Shown in pieces: positions 1 through 8,931 of a stretch of DNA of 64,000 nt (its first letter is position 1; each line of letters opens with the position of its first letter). Made by a program: the position numbers and the translations under genes. Source of the stretch: Minisyncoccia bacterium (GTDB lineage: Bacteria > Patescibacteriota > Minisyncoccia > UBA6257 > 2-01-FULL-56-20); assembly GCA_050008535.1 (NCBI GenBank), contig JBEKML010000001.1, positions 194,246-258,245 on the forward strand. Direction: 5' to 3'. The notes under the pieces were generated by a model. That model worked only from the letters and a program-made list of their open reading frames with translations. It was not told the origin of the DNA and did not search any database.

Positions 1-219
1 AGGGGTGAAGAACTAAGGCCAAAAGCATTCCGCAAGACCTATGAACCCCTGCGGCTCCATGGTTACATCGCTATTTTTGACGTTGAGAAAAACGTAAAAG
101 TCGTGCTCTACGGCAACGGAGCGATCATTACAAAACAAAATGGCGATACCGATACGTTCGTTGCGCTCAAAAATGATCTGCTTTGGGGCATGCGAGCGTG
201 TGATATCATAAAAGTATAA
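1..219 (+). CDS. 3' end of an unidentified protein-coding gene (partial, runs off the window start)
   Basis: Frame 1 is open from position 1 to a TAA stop at 217-219 (…KNDLLWGMRACDIIKV*); no recognisable domain. Confidence 0.3.
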   Translation, partial: RGEELRPKAFRKTYEPLRLHGYIAIFDVEKNVKVVLYGNGAIITKQNGDTDTFVALKNDLLWGMRACDIIKV

Positions 220-221
220 TC

Positions 222-653
222 ATGGGGAATTTTGGCTTCGTCTATGCGGTCGGCGCGGCGCTCACGTGGGGATTGGTGTACGCCTTGGACCAGAAAATAC
301 TTTCTGGCTCGTCGCCGCTCGCGTATCTTTTTATCAATTCGCTGTTCACGGCGATACTCGTATTGCCCTTTTTGTTTTTTGACGGCGGGTCAATAAAAAC
401 CATTTTTTCTTCCCGCGGGACCATCCTCTGGCTCATCGTCGCCTCCGTCGTTTTGGCGGCACTCGCCAATTTCCTCATCTTTTCCGGCATAAAAATATTG
501 GGCGCTTCGACGGCGTCCATCATTGAGATCGCGTATCCGTTCTTTGTAGTGCTTTTCAGCTTCATCATTTTCCGTTCAACCCCGAACATTTATTTTCTCC
601 TTGGCGGCGCGCTTATCTTTGTCGGCTCGATTATCATTATTAAATTTGCGTGA
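222..653 (+). CDS. small EamA/DMT-like membrane transporter (4-5 TM helices)
   Basis: 143-aa highly hydrophobic ORF with 4-5 predicted TM helices; ATG directly after the upstream stop. Confidence 0.45.
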   Translation: MGNFGFVYAVGAALTWGLVYALDQKILSGSSPLAYLFINSLFTAILVLPFLFFDGGSIKTIFSSRGTILWLIVASVVLAALANFLIFSGIKILGASTASIIEIAYPFFVVLFSFIIFRSTPNIYFLLGGALIFVGSIIIIKFA

Positions 654-669
654 TAGCGAACGGCCCGAC

Positions 670-700
670 TTGACATTTGTATTACACTTGTAATACAATG
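670..700 (+). promoter_or_regulatory. promoter-like TTGACA followed by a perfect 10-bp inverted repeat (TTGTATTACA-ct-TGTAATACAA); candidate operator for the downstream RHH protein
   Basis: Seen directly in the sequence, 5-30 nt upstream of the ATG at 706. Confidence 0.4.
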
Positions 701-705
701 GACTA

Positions 706-1038
706 ATGCCAGATGAAAGCAAGGATTATATTATAAATCTCCGCGTTTCCCGTGCGACGTACGATAAAATAAAGCGAAAGGCGAAAGAGAATCGGGAGAG
801 CATCTCGAACCTGGTCCGCAAAGCAATAGATGACAGCGCGGAGATCGTGAGCGATCTTTCGGGCGAACTGTTCGGCAAGAAAGATAAGTTTAAAGACGTC
901 ATCGGCTATCATAAGTCTAAGGCCGCGCAGGAATTGGAATGCGCGAAATGCGGCGCGAAGATCGCCGCGGGAAACATTGTCACGGTGGGCGAGACCGAGG
1001 GTGCAAAAAAGTACTTTTTCTGCGAGAATTGCAGGTAA
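706..1038 (+). CDS. ribbon-helix-helix (CopG-like) DNA-binding protein with a C-terminal CxxC…CxxC zinc ribbon
   Basis: N-terminal 'YIINLRVSRATYDKIKRKAKENRESISNLVRKAI' is typical RHH; C-terminal 'CAKCG…CENC'. Confidence 0.5.
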   Translation: MPDESKDYIINLRVSRATYDKIKRKAKENRESISNLVRKAIDDSAEIVSDLSGELFGKKDKFKDVIGYHKSKAAQELECAKCGAKIAAGNIVTVGETEGAKKYFFCENCR

Positions 1039-1041
1039 GCT

Positions 1042-2478
1042 ATGTTGTCTGAAAGACAGAAAAGCAGTTCTACGCTCGTTCGCTCATGGACGATCTCTTT
1101 CGTCGTCCTTAAACACCTCGTTTTCCATAAATTTACCTCGCTGAAACATGCGTCATTTGGCGAGCGTCTCAGGCGGGCATGCGAGAAGCTGGGCCCTGTT
1201 TTCATAAAACTTGGGCAAGTGCTCGCCACCCGCTATGATCTTCTCGGCCGTAGTGATTGCGAGGCGCTACACGGGCTCTTGGATGATATTGCGCCCGTTC
1301 CATTTGAAGAGGTAGTAGCTCTTTTTCAAAGTGATTTTCGTGAAAATCCGGACGAATTGTATCGGGAATTTCCAAGAATTCCTATTGCCTCGGCTTCCAT
1401 CGCGCAGGTCTATAAGGCCGTTGACCACGAGGGTCGGTTGGTCGCCGTCAAGGTTCGTCGCCCCGGTATCACAAGGACGTTAAAATCGGACATCGGCATT
1501 CTAAAGAAGCTTGTCCGCATCGCGGAGCTTTTCTCTTCTGATCTTCGTCACATCCGCGCCCGCGAAGTTCTTTCCCAGCTTGAATCATGGATTTTCGGCG
1601 AGGCTGATTTTATCCAAGAGACCGGCAATCTGCTCGCCCTTACTGAATTTTATTCCCAACGCGCCGCGAAGGGCGATGATTTTGCGGCAGCGATAGTATT
1701 TCCGAAGCTTTGGCCCGCACTTTGCTCCCAGAACATCATCACGATGGAATTTCTTGAGGGCATTCCGGCAACAAAGTTCAATAAGCAAATTGCCGGGCCG
1801 GCATACGATGAATATGTCTCCCTCAAAGCGGTACTTGGCGCATCGGTGCGTCCCTGGGTTGAGCGAGGCGCGTTCCTTTTCCATGCCGATCCGCATCCGG
1901 CGAATATCCTTATTATGAAAGGCGGCAAGGCGGGATTGCTTGATTTTGGTTTAACATCGTCTTTCAACAAGAAGGATTCAGAGCAGTTGTGCGACCTTCT
2001 TCTTGCGGTCTATACGCAGAACCTTGATCTTACCGTGCATCATGCGTTCGCACTGTGCCATGCTCCGGCAGTGCTTGAAACGCCGACATTACGGAAGGAC
2101 ATTGAAGAGTATCTTTTGAAAACCCGAACAAGTGGCTTCGGGTTCTGGTTTGTGGGGCTAATTCGCATCTTCGTGAAGCATCGGGTTCCTATGCCGCTTC
2201 AATTAGTTCTTTTGGGGCGCAACGTCGTTGTCGTCGAGGGGCTTTTCGAAACCGTTATTCCGGGGAAGACCACGCTTGAAGTAATGGGTGACGAATTACG
2301 TCGGGGGCTTTATCGGCGGATATTCGAGAACATAACAAGTATTGATGCCGGGCCGTTGCTTTATGCCTTAAGCGAAAAAATAAAGAAAAGCCCGGGACTC
2401 CTGGCGGGGCTTATCAACCGGTATTTTGAGGATCCGCTTCGGGCAGTGCGCGACTTTAGGGAAGCGGTTCGGATATAG
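1042..2478 (+). CDS. ABC1/UbiB-family atypical protein kinase
   Basis: Contains 'FIKLGQVLATRYDLL' and 'VAVKVRRPG', which are ABC1/aarF motifs. Confidence 0.8.
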   Translation: MLSERQKSSSTLVRSWTISFVVLKHLVFHKFTSLKHASFGERLRRACEKLGPVFIKLGQVLATRYDLLGRSDCEALHGLLDDIAPVPFEEVVALFQSDFRENPDELYREFPRIPIASASIAQVYKAVDHEGRLVAVKVRRPGITRTLKSDIGILKKLVRIAELFSSDLRHIRAREVLSQLESWIFGEADFIQETGNLLALTEFYSQRAAKGDDFAAAIVFPKLWPALCSQNIITMEFLEGIPATKFNKQIAGPAYDEYVSLKAVLGASVRPWVERGAFLFHADPHPANILIMKGGKAGLLDFGLTSSFNKKDSEQLCDLLLAVYTQNLDLTVHHAFALCHAPAVLETPTLRKDIEEYLLKTRTSGFGFWFVGLIRIFVKHRVPMPLQLVLLGRNVVVVEGLFETVIPGKTTLEVMGDELRRGLYRRIFENITSIDAGPLLYALSEKIKKSPGLLAGLINRYFEDPLRAVRDFREAVRI

Positions 2479-2506
2479 CGTGAATGATGCGCTATAATCT
2501 TCCTAT

Positions 2507-3136
2507 ATGGACAAGCTCTCCGAACTGCAGAAGCTTGAGCAAGAGATGGTCGCCGATGCTTCTCTTCCGCTCAAGCCGGCAAATTTGGTCTTCGGCGAAG
2601 GAAATGTTGATTGCGCCGTGATGTTTATCGGCGAGGGGCCGGGATTTAACGAAGATAAATTGAAGCGGCCGTTCGTGGGAAGAGCGGGACAGCTCTTGGA
2701 CGAACTTATTAAGGGCCTCGGCTGGAAGCGCGGGGATGTTTATATTACAAACATCGTGAAGCGCCGGCCGCCGGACAATCGTGATCCGTTGCCAGAGGAG
2801 ATCGAAGCATACAAGCCCTATCTTACAAAACAGATCGAAATCATTGATCCGAAAGTGATTGTGGCCTTGGGCCGTTTCGCGATGAACTATTTTCTGCCGG
2901 ACGCAAAGATTACGCGCGACCACGGGCGGATATTCAAAATCAACGAAAGGATTATTTTTCCCATCTACCATCCCGCCGCCGCATTGCGTTCTACTGAAAT
3001 GCTGAATGTTCTCCGCGAGGATTTTGGAAAGATACCTAAAATAGTGAAAGGGGAACTTGCGGTGGAAGTGACGGCACCTGCCGCAACCGCGTCGGCAAAG
3101 AAACCAATAAAACCAAAGCAGCCAAGCCTGTTTTGA
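2507..3136 (+). CDS. uracil-DNA glycosylase, family 4
   Basis: Contains 'GEGPGFNEDKLKRPFVGRAGQLLDELI' and 'ITNIVKRRPPDNRDP'. Confidence 0.8.
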   Translation: MDKLSELQKLEQEMVADASLPLKPANLVFGEGNVDCAVMFIGEGPGFNEDKLKRPFVGRAGQLLDELIKGLGWKRGDVYITNIVKRRPPDNRDPLPEEIEAYKPYLTKQIEIIDPKVIVALGRFAMNYFLPDAKITRDHGRIFKINERIIFPIYHPAAALRSTEMLNVLREDFGKIPKIVKGELAVEVTAPAATASAKKPIKPKQPSLF

Positions 3137-3150
3137 GGTATTATTAAGGC

Positions 3151-3498
3151 ATGGACTTCGCGCCGGTATACCTTGTGCAACGGTTCTTTTACCGTTTGGT
3201 GGATTTCTTCCGTCATTGGTACATCGATGGATCGCGCGCCGTCGGGCACCGTTTTATTACGGCACTTGAAGAAGCTGACCGCTCGCTCGCGGTAAAGATC
3301 ACCCTCCGTTATTTCTTCCGCCCGCTCTACGGGGACTACACGGTAGTCGGCCGTATCCTCGGCATTGTTTTCCGTACGGGGAGAATTTTGATCGGCGCCG
3401 TGGTTTACGCCGTGATCGCGGCGTTTTTCCTCCTTTTCTATTTGGCATGGCTTGCCGCGCCCATCGTCATTATTTTCTATGCCACAAGAGGCCTCTAA
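3151..3498 (+). CDS. small membrane protein (about 3 TM helices), hypothetical
   Basis: 115-aa ORF with a hydrophobic C-terminal half; immediately precedes the Clp-like gene. Confidence 0.4.
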   Translation: MDFAPVYLVQRFFYRLVDFFRHWYIDGSRAVGHRFITALEEADRSLAVKITLRYFFRPLYGDYTVVGRILGIVFRTGRILIGAVVYAVIAAFFLLFYLAWLAAPIVIIFYATRGL

Positions 3499-3535
3499 CA
3501 AGTACGAATTGTATTTTGACGATCCGCGGCTCCGA

Positions 3536-5995
3536 ATGACGGTCGCGGGAAGATTTGTCGTCCGCGTCATTACCTATGTCACCTATCTCGTCCTGTTTTT
3601 TGCCACAGGAACCCTCCTTATTTCCCAGATAAGGCCGTTGCAGTATCTCGGAATTTTTTTGGTGCTTTTTATCGTTGATCGTCTTGCCCACTGGGGCGAG
3701 GCGGATCTCCCGATCACGGAACTGCCGCGGGGCGGCCGGGTCAACCTTGCGAGCATTATGAAGCCATCCACTTTCTCCGTGATAGGACACGCTTTTGACC
3801 GCGGCCTTGTTACAAGGCAGGATTTTTTCCTTAGTATTACCGACCGCTTGATGGGACTTTCGCAAGTGGAAGAAGGCCTGCGCCGGCTCGATGTGAAGCC
3901 CGAAGAATTTAAGGCAAAACTAAAAGAATTTCTTTCAAGGCCGGTCCCCGCCGAGACCGTATCGCGCACGGAATATTTAAAGAGCGCCGAAGCGCTCGTG
4001 GTCGCGGCTTTCGGCGAAGCGCTCGCCGTCGGCCACCGCTTCATTGAGCCGAGCGATCTCTTTTCGGCGCTTGCGAAGATGAAAGCGGAGGCCGTGGACC
4101 GGCTTTTCAATATGTTCTCGATTGAAGCGGGCGATTTGGAAACCGCGCTCATTTTTTCTTTGAAAAAGTCGTTCTTAAGCCGCTTGCCGTCCGCGCTCGG
4201 CGAGTTTGTTTTTGAATCAAACCGGCACACGCGGCACCGCATCATGAATCGGGCGTGGACCTCGCGGCCGACGCCGACGCTCGACAAATACAGCACTGAT
4301 TTCACCGATCTTGCGCGTGCGCAGCAGATCGGGTTTTTGATCGGCCACGACGCCGAATACGAGCGGCTCGTGGAAACGCTCGGCCGTCCGGTGAATCCGA
4401 ATGCGCTCCTGATCGGCGAGCCGGGGATCGGGAAGGAAACCATCATCCAGCACCTCGCCTTCGCGCTTACCAAAGATATCGTGCCGAAAGCGCTCTTTGA
4501 TAAGCGGCTCGTGTCACTTGAGTTGCAGGACCTTGTGGCCGGCGCGTCGCCGGAAGAACTTTCCACGCGGCTCAAAAAGATCGTTGACGAAATTTACATG
4601 GCGGGGAATATCATCATTTATATCCCGGATATTCATAATCTGGTGCATACCTCCGGCACGGCCTATCTTTCGGCGGCGGACATCCTGATGCCGGTGGTGA
4701 AGAGCAACGCGTTCCCGGTGATCGGGGCCACCTATCCGAAAGAATTCAAGCAGCTTGTGGAGCCGCGGAGCGACTTCGTCGGCGCCTTCGAGGTGATCCA
4801 CGTGAACGAGGTAACCGAGGCGGAAGCGGGAAAGATATTGACGTACGAAAGTTTGATCCTTGAAGAAAAGAGCGGCGTCACCATAAGCTTTGGTGCCGTG
4901 AAGCGTGCGGTCGCGCTCGCGAAAAAATATTTCAGGGACAAGTTCTTGCCTTCAAGCGCGGAAGAGCTTTTGAAGACCGCGCTTGTGGATGCCGAGCAGC
5001 GCGGCGAGCATGCGCTCACCGCCGAGCGCGTGACCTCGGTCGCCGAGGCGAAGGCGCACGTGCCGATGAGCGAAGCAAGCGGCGCTGAAGCGGAAAAACT
5101 TTTGCATTTGGAAGACACCATCCATAACCGGCTTGTGGACCAGGAAGAGGCGGTCACGGCGGTCGCGGAAGCCCTGCGGCAATATCGGAGCGGCCTCGCG
5201 CGCAAGGGCGGGCCGATCGCAAGCTTCCTTTTTGTGGGGCCGACGGGCGTGGGCAAGACCGAACTCGCGAAGATCCTTGCGGGCGTGCAGTTCGGTTCGG
5301 AAAAAACGATGGTGCGCTTTGACATGACAGAATACCAAGACAAGGCAAGCTTCTTCCGTTTCATCGGCTCGCCCGACGGGGCGACGCGCGGGGCCTTGAC
5401 CGATGCCATCCATGACCAGCCGTACAGCTTGGTCCTCCTTGATGAATTTGAAAAAGCATTCCCCGATATTTTGAACCTGTTCCTGCAGGTCTTTGATGAC
5501 GGCCGTCTTACGGACAACCTTGGCCGCACCATCGATTTTACGAACACGATCATTATTGCGACTTCCAACGCGCATTCGGACATCATCAATGAATCGCTCT
5601 CGAAAGGGGAAAAAATGACGGACATCGCGGAATATCTGAAGAAGCGGCTCGTGGATGTATTCAGGCCGGAACTTTTGAACCGCTTCTCAAAAGTCATCAT
5701 TTTCAAAAATCTGGAACCGGCGCAGCTCGGGAAGATCGTGGAGATCAACTTGAAAGAACTGGCGGAGACCGTAAAAAGCCAGGGCATCGCGCTTGATTTT
5801 GGTCCGGAGGCCGTAGCGCAGCTTGCGAAGCTTGGCTATGACCCGGCGTTCGGCGCGCGTCCCTTGCGCCGCGTGATAGACGAAAAGCTCCGCTCTCCGC
5901 TCTCCCGCGCCATTCTTGGAAAGCAGATAGGGAAAGGCAGCCGCGTGAAGCTTGTTTTTAAAGACAATGCTTTCGATTTTGTGAACGAGGATTGA
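3536..5995 (+). CDS. membrane-anchored ClpC/ClpB-like double-AAA+ ATPase. Its NBD1 is degenerate, its NBD2 is intact, and it lacks both a ClpP-binding loop and a long M-domain
   Basis: N-terminus has 2 TM helices followed by Clp_N-like repeats; NBD1 has Walker A 'GEPGIGKET' but Walker B 'IIIYIPDIH' with no arginine finger; NBD2 has 'GPTGVGKTELAKILA', 'LLDEFEKAFPDILNLFLQVFDDGRLTD' and 'GARPLRRVI'. Confidence 0.8.
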   Translation: MTVAGRFVVRVITYVTYLVLFFATGTLLISQIRPLQYLGIFLVLFIVDRLAHWGEADLPITELPRGGRVNLASIMKPSTFSVIGHAFDRGLVTRQDFFLSITDRLMGLSQVEEGLRRLDVKPEEFKAKLKEFLSRPVPAETVSRTEYLKSAEALVVAAFGEALAVGHRFIEPSDLFSALAKMKAEAVDRLFNMFSIEAGDLETALIFSLKKSFLSRLPSALGEFVFESNRHTRHRIMNRAWTSRPTPTLDKYSTDFTDLARAQQIGFLIGHDAEYERLVETLGRPVNPNALLIGEPGIGKETIIQHLAFALTKDIVPKALFDKRLVSLELQDLVAGASPEELSTRLKKIVDEIYMAGNIIIYIPDIHNLVHTSGTAYLSAADILMPVVKSNAFPVIGATYPKEFKQLVEPRSDFVGAFEVIHVNEVTEAEAGKILTYESLILEEKSGVTISFGAVKRAVALAKKYFRDKFLPSSAEELLKTALVDAEQRGEHALTAERVTSVAEAKAHVPMSEASGAEAEKLLHLEDTIHNRLVDQEEAVTAVAEALRQYRSGLARKGGPIASFLFVGPTGVGKTELAKILAGVQFGSEKTMVRFDMTEYQDKASFFRFIGSPDGATRGALTDAIHDQPYSLVLLDEFEKAFPDILNLFLQVFDDGRLTDNLGRTIDFTNTIIIATSNAHSDIINESLSKGEKMTDIAEYLKKRLVDVFRPELLNRFSKVIIFKNLEPAQLGKIVEINLKELAETVKSQGIALDFGPEAVAQLAKLGYDPAFGARPLRRVIDEKLRSPLSRAILGKQIGKGSRVKLVFKDNAFDFVNED

Positions 5996-5998
5996 TCC

Positions 5999-6655
5999 AT
6001 GAAAATAAAGATCAATATTAACGTCAAGGTGGGCCGGGTCGTGAGATATCTCGTGCTGTCGGATCTTTTTTTACTGCTTGGCTGGGGGCTTATTGACCCT
6101 GTTTTTTCGGTTTTCATCATAGAGCGCATTGCCGGTGCGACGCTTATCACCGTAGGTATCGCCGCCGCCGTCTATTGGATATTGAGATCGGCCCTCGAAA
6201 TTCCCATCGCGAATTATCTCGACCGGACGCTGGGCGAGAAGGATGATTTTGTGGCGCTTGTGGGTGGGCTTTTCCTTGCGGGTTTTTCCGCGCTTGCGTT
6301 CAGCGCGATCAGTAAGGTTTGGGAACTTTACGTGGTCCAGATCATCCATGCGGTCGGCTTCGCTCTCTATCTTCCCTCGTGGTCCAGTATTTTCTCGCGC
6401 CACCTGGACCACGATCGTGTTTCTTTTGATTGGTCCCTGGATAGTACGGTTGCTGGCCTCGCCGCGGGCATAAGCGGTCTTTTTGCAGGGGTCGTTGCGG
6501 CCGAGTGGGGATTTGTTGCGGTCTTCGTCGCCGGCGGCACCTTTTCACTCATCGCTGCGTTCGTCTTGATGTTGGCGCCCAACCTCGTGCTTCCGAAGCC
6601 CACCGAAGCAGGTGTTCAAATGAAAGATAAGACGCCGGCCGCGACGGGGATGTAG
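5999..6655 (+). CDS. 6-TM membrane protein resembling half of an MFS transporter
   Basis: 218-aa hydrophobic ORF, tightly coupled to the Clp-like gene (4-nt gap). Confidence 0.45.
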   Translation: MKIKININVKVGRVVRYLVLSDLFLLLGWGLIDPVFSVFIIERIAGATLITVGIAAAVYWILRSALEIPIANYLDRTLGEKDDFVALVGGLFLAGFSALAFSAISKVWELYVVQIIHAVGFALYLPSWSSIFSRHLDHDRVSFDWSLDSTVAGLAAGISGLFAGVVAAEWGFVAVFVAGGTFSLIAAFVLMLAPNLVLPKPTEAGVQMKDKTPAATGM

Positions 6656-6673
6656 GGCGGGAATGCGAATACC

Positions 6674-8410
6674 ATGCCGAAAGTTTCCAATCAATCAATC
6701 GCCGAACTGCTCCGCGAGATAGGGGAATACCTTGCGATGCAAGAAGTGCCCTTCAAACCGCGCGCGTACGAGAAGGCGGCGGGCATCATTGAGGGGCTTG
6801 AAGAGGAAGTGGCGGATATCTATATGCGCGGTGGTTTAAAAGCGCTCGAGGAGATCCCGGGCGTAGGCGTTTCCATTGCAGAAAAGATAGAAGAATTTAT
6901 AAAGACCGGCAAGGTGAAGTATTACGAAGGCCTCAAAAAGAAGACCCCCGTTGATCTGGAGGGTTTGTCGCGGGTGGAAGGGCTTGGCCCGAAGTCGATC
7001 AAAAAGCTTTATCAAAAGCTAGGCATAAGCGATCTCGCCGACTTGGAAAAGGCGGCGAAAGCGGGAAAAATCGCAAAGCTTGAAGGATTCGGCGCGAGGA
7101 GCGAAGAAAAGATTTTGAAGGGCGTTGCATTCGCGAAAAGATCGGGCGGCAGGTTCGTACTTGGCTTTGTGACGCCGCAGATTCGCAGTATTGTATCGCA
7201 CCTTACGAAATTACCGGATGCTTCAAGGGTTACGGTCGCGGGCTCCGTGCGACGCAAAAAGGAAACTATCGGCGACGCGGATATCCTTATCGTTTCCGCG
7301 AAGCCAAAGATAGTTATGGACTACTTCGTTTCCATGCCGGAAGTGATGTCCGTGATCGCCCACGGCGATACAAAATCGTCGGTAAAGGTGAAGCCGGGAG
7401 TGAACGTTGATCTTCGCGTCGTGCCTGCGGAATCCTACGGTGCGGCGTTGAATTATTTCACCGGCTCAAAGGATCATAATGTCGCGTTGCGCCAGATTGC
7501 TGTGAAAAAGGGATGGAAACTGAACGAATACGGGCTTTTCTCCGTGAAGGGCGCCCGCGAAAAAACGATCGCCGGAAAAACAGAGGAGGAAATTTATAAA
7601 ATGTTCGGCATGGATTATATAGAACCGGAATTGCGCGAGAACACGGGGGAACTCCAGGCGGCGCAGGCGCACCGGCTGCCGAAGCTCATTGGATACGGCG
7701 ATCTGCAAGGTGATCTGCAGGTGCAGACCAATTGGACGGACGGCTCCGATTCCATTGAAGCAATGGCGAAGGCGGCCGCTGCGCAAGGGCTCGCCTATAT
7801 TGCGATCACCGATCATACGAAACGGCTTGCGATGACGCACGGTTTGGACGAAAAGCGGATCTTACAGCAGATGGCGGAGATAGACAGGCTCAACAAAAAA
7901 TTCGCGGGCAAAATAAAGATATTGAAAGGCAGTGAGTGTGACATTTTGAAGGATGGGACGCTTGACCTGCCCGCTTCGGTTTTGTCAAAGCTCGATGTGG
8001 TCGGCGCCGCGGTCCATTCGCATTTCAATCTCACGCGCGCCGAACAGACTGAGCGCATAAAACGGGCGATGGCGAACCCCAATGTTGACATTCTTTTCCA
8101 TCCAACGGGGCGCATTATCAATCGCCGCGAGGCGTACGAGGTGGATATGGAAGCGGTCATCGCGCACGCGAAGAAAACTGGCACCGTGCTTGAGATTGAC
8201 GCTTATCCCGACCGCGCCGATCTCAAAGATGAATATGTCCGCAAGTGCGTGGAAGCGGGCGTCAAAATGTCCATTGATTCCGACGCCCACTCGCCGACCC
8301 ATTTCCCCTATCTGGAATATGGTATCGCGCAGGCGCGCCGGGGATGGGCGGAGAAAGATGATATAATAAATGCCTGGCCGGTGGAAAAAATGAAAAAATC
8401 ATTAAAATAA
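6674..8410 (+). CDS. polX: DNA polymerase X family (Pol-beta-like core fused to a PHP phosphoesterase domain)
   Basis: HhH motifs, 'GSVRRKKETIGDADILI', and a C-terminal PHP 'ITDHT…'. Confidence 0.85.
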   Translation: MPKVSNQSIAELLREIGEYLAMQEVPFKPRAYEKAAGIIEGLEEEVADIYMRGGLKALEEIPGVGVSIAEKIEEFIKTGKVKYYEGLKKKTPVDLEGLSRVEGLGPKSIKKLYQKLGISDLADLEKAAKAGKIAKLEGFGARSEEKILKGVAFAKRSGGRFVLGFVTPQIRSIVSHLTKLPDASRVTVAGSVRRKKETIGDADILIVSAKPKIVMDYFVSMPEVMSVIAHGDTKSSVKVKPGVNVDLRVVPAESYGAALNYFTGSKDHNVALRQIAVKKGWKLNEYGLFSVKGAREKTIAGKTEEEIYKMFGMDYIEPELRENTGELQAAQAHRLPKLIGYGDLQGDLQVQTNWTDGSDSIEAMAKAAAAQGLAYIAITDHTKRLAMTHGLDEKRILQQMAEIDRLNKKFAGKIKILKGSECDILKDGTLDLPASVLSKLDVVGAAVHSHFNLTRAEQTERIKRAMANPNVDILFHPTGRIINRREAYEVDMEAVIAHAKKTGTVLEIDAYPDRADLKDEYVRKCVEAGVKMSIDSDAHSPTHFPYLEYGIAQARRGWAEKDDIINAWPVEKMKKSLK

Positions 8411-8931
8411 TGCCCACGCGTGTTCCTGCAGAATCTTTTGAGAAGCCTCCCACGAAAAAACAGGTGGTAGCGGGCTTCGTGGTCTACCGGCGGACAAGCG
8501 ACGGAATAAAATTTCTCCTCCTCTACCGCCGCGGCAATTACTGGAATTTTCCCAAGGGGCACTTCATGCCAGGCGAGCGGACGATGGACGTCGCCCTCCG
8601 CGAACTTGAGGAAGAAACGGGGATCAAAAAATCGGAATTGCGCATTATCCCGAACTTCCGCGCCTATGAACGTTTCTATTTCAAAGTTGGGAACCAGGGA
8701 ATTTACGACACCGTGATCTTGTTCCTCGCCGAAACACATCAAGTGGAGGTCCGCATCGTTCCACGCGAACACAGCGGTTATGGCTGGTTTCTCTATCACG
8801 ACGCCTTGAGTGTGGTCGGCAAGAAATACGGCGACACCCGCAAGGTGTTGCAACAGGCATCCAACTTCCTCCGTGCACGGAGCCGGGCGCACCGGCCGCC
8901 GCAGCGGCCCATGCATAGCGCGGGTCGTTGA
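8410..8931 (+). CDS. Nudix hydrolase
   Basis: Nudix box 'GHFMPGERTMDVALRELEEETGI'. Confidence 0.8.
   Translation: MPTRVPAESFEKPPTKKQVVAGFVVYRRTSDGIKFLLLYRRGNYWNFPKGHFMPGERTMDVALRELEEETGIKKSELRIIPNFRAYERFYFKVGNQGIYDTVILFLAETHQVEVRIVPREHSGYGWFLYHDALSVVGKKYGDTRKVLQQASNFLRARSRAHRPPQRPMHSAGR

Noticed and set aside
3583-5787. Long minus-strand ORFs of 330, 351 and 207 aa lying inside the Clp-like gene
   Set aside because: They are antisense to a gene with unmistakable AAA+ motifs. High GC keeps the antisense frames open, and they have no domain signatures.
5999-6655. Calling the 218-aa 6-TM ORF an MFS pseudogene
   Set aside because: It is tightly coupled to the Clp-like gene and has clean start and stop codons. 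A half-size MFS-like protein is more plausible than a decayed transporter, but I cannot decide without a homology search.
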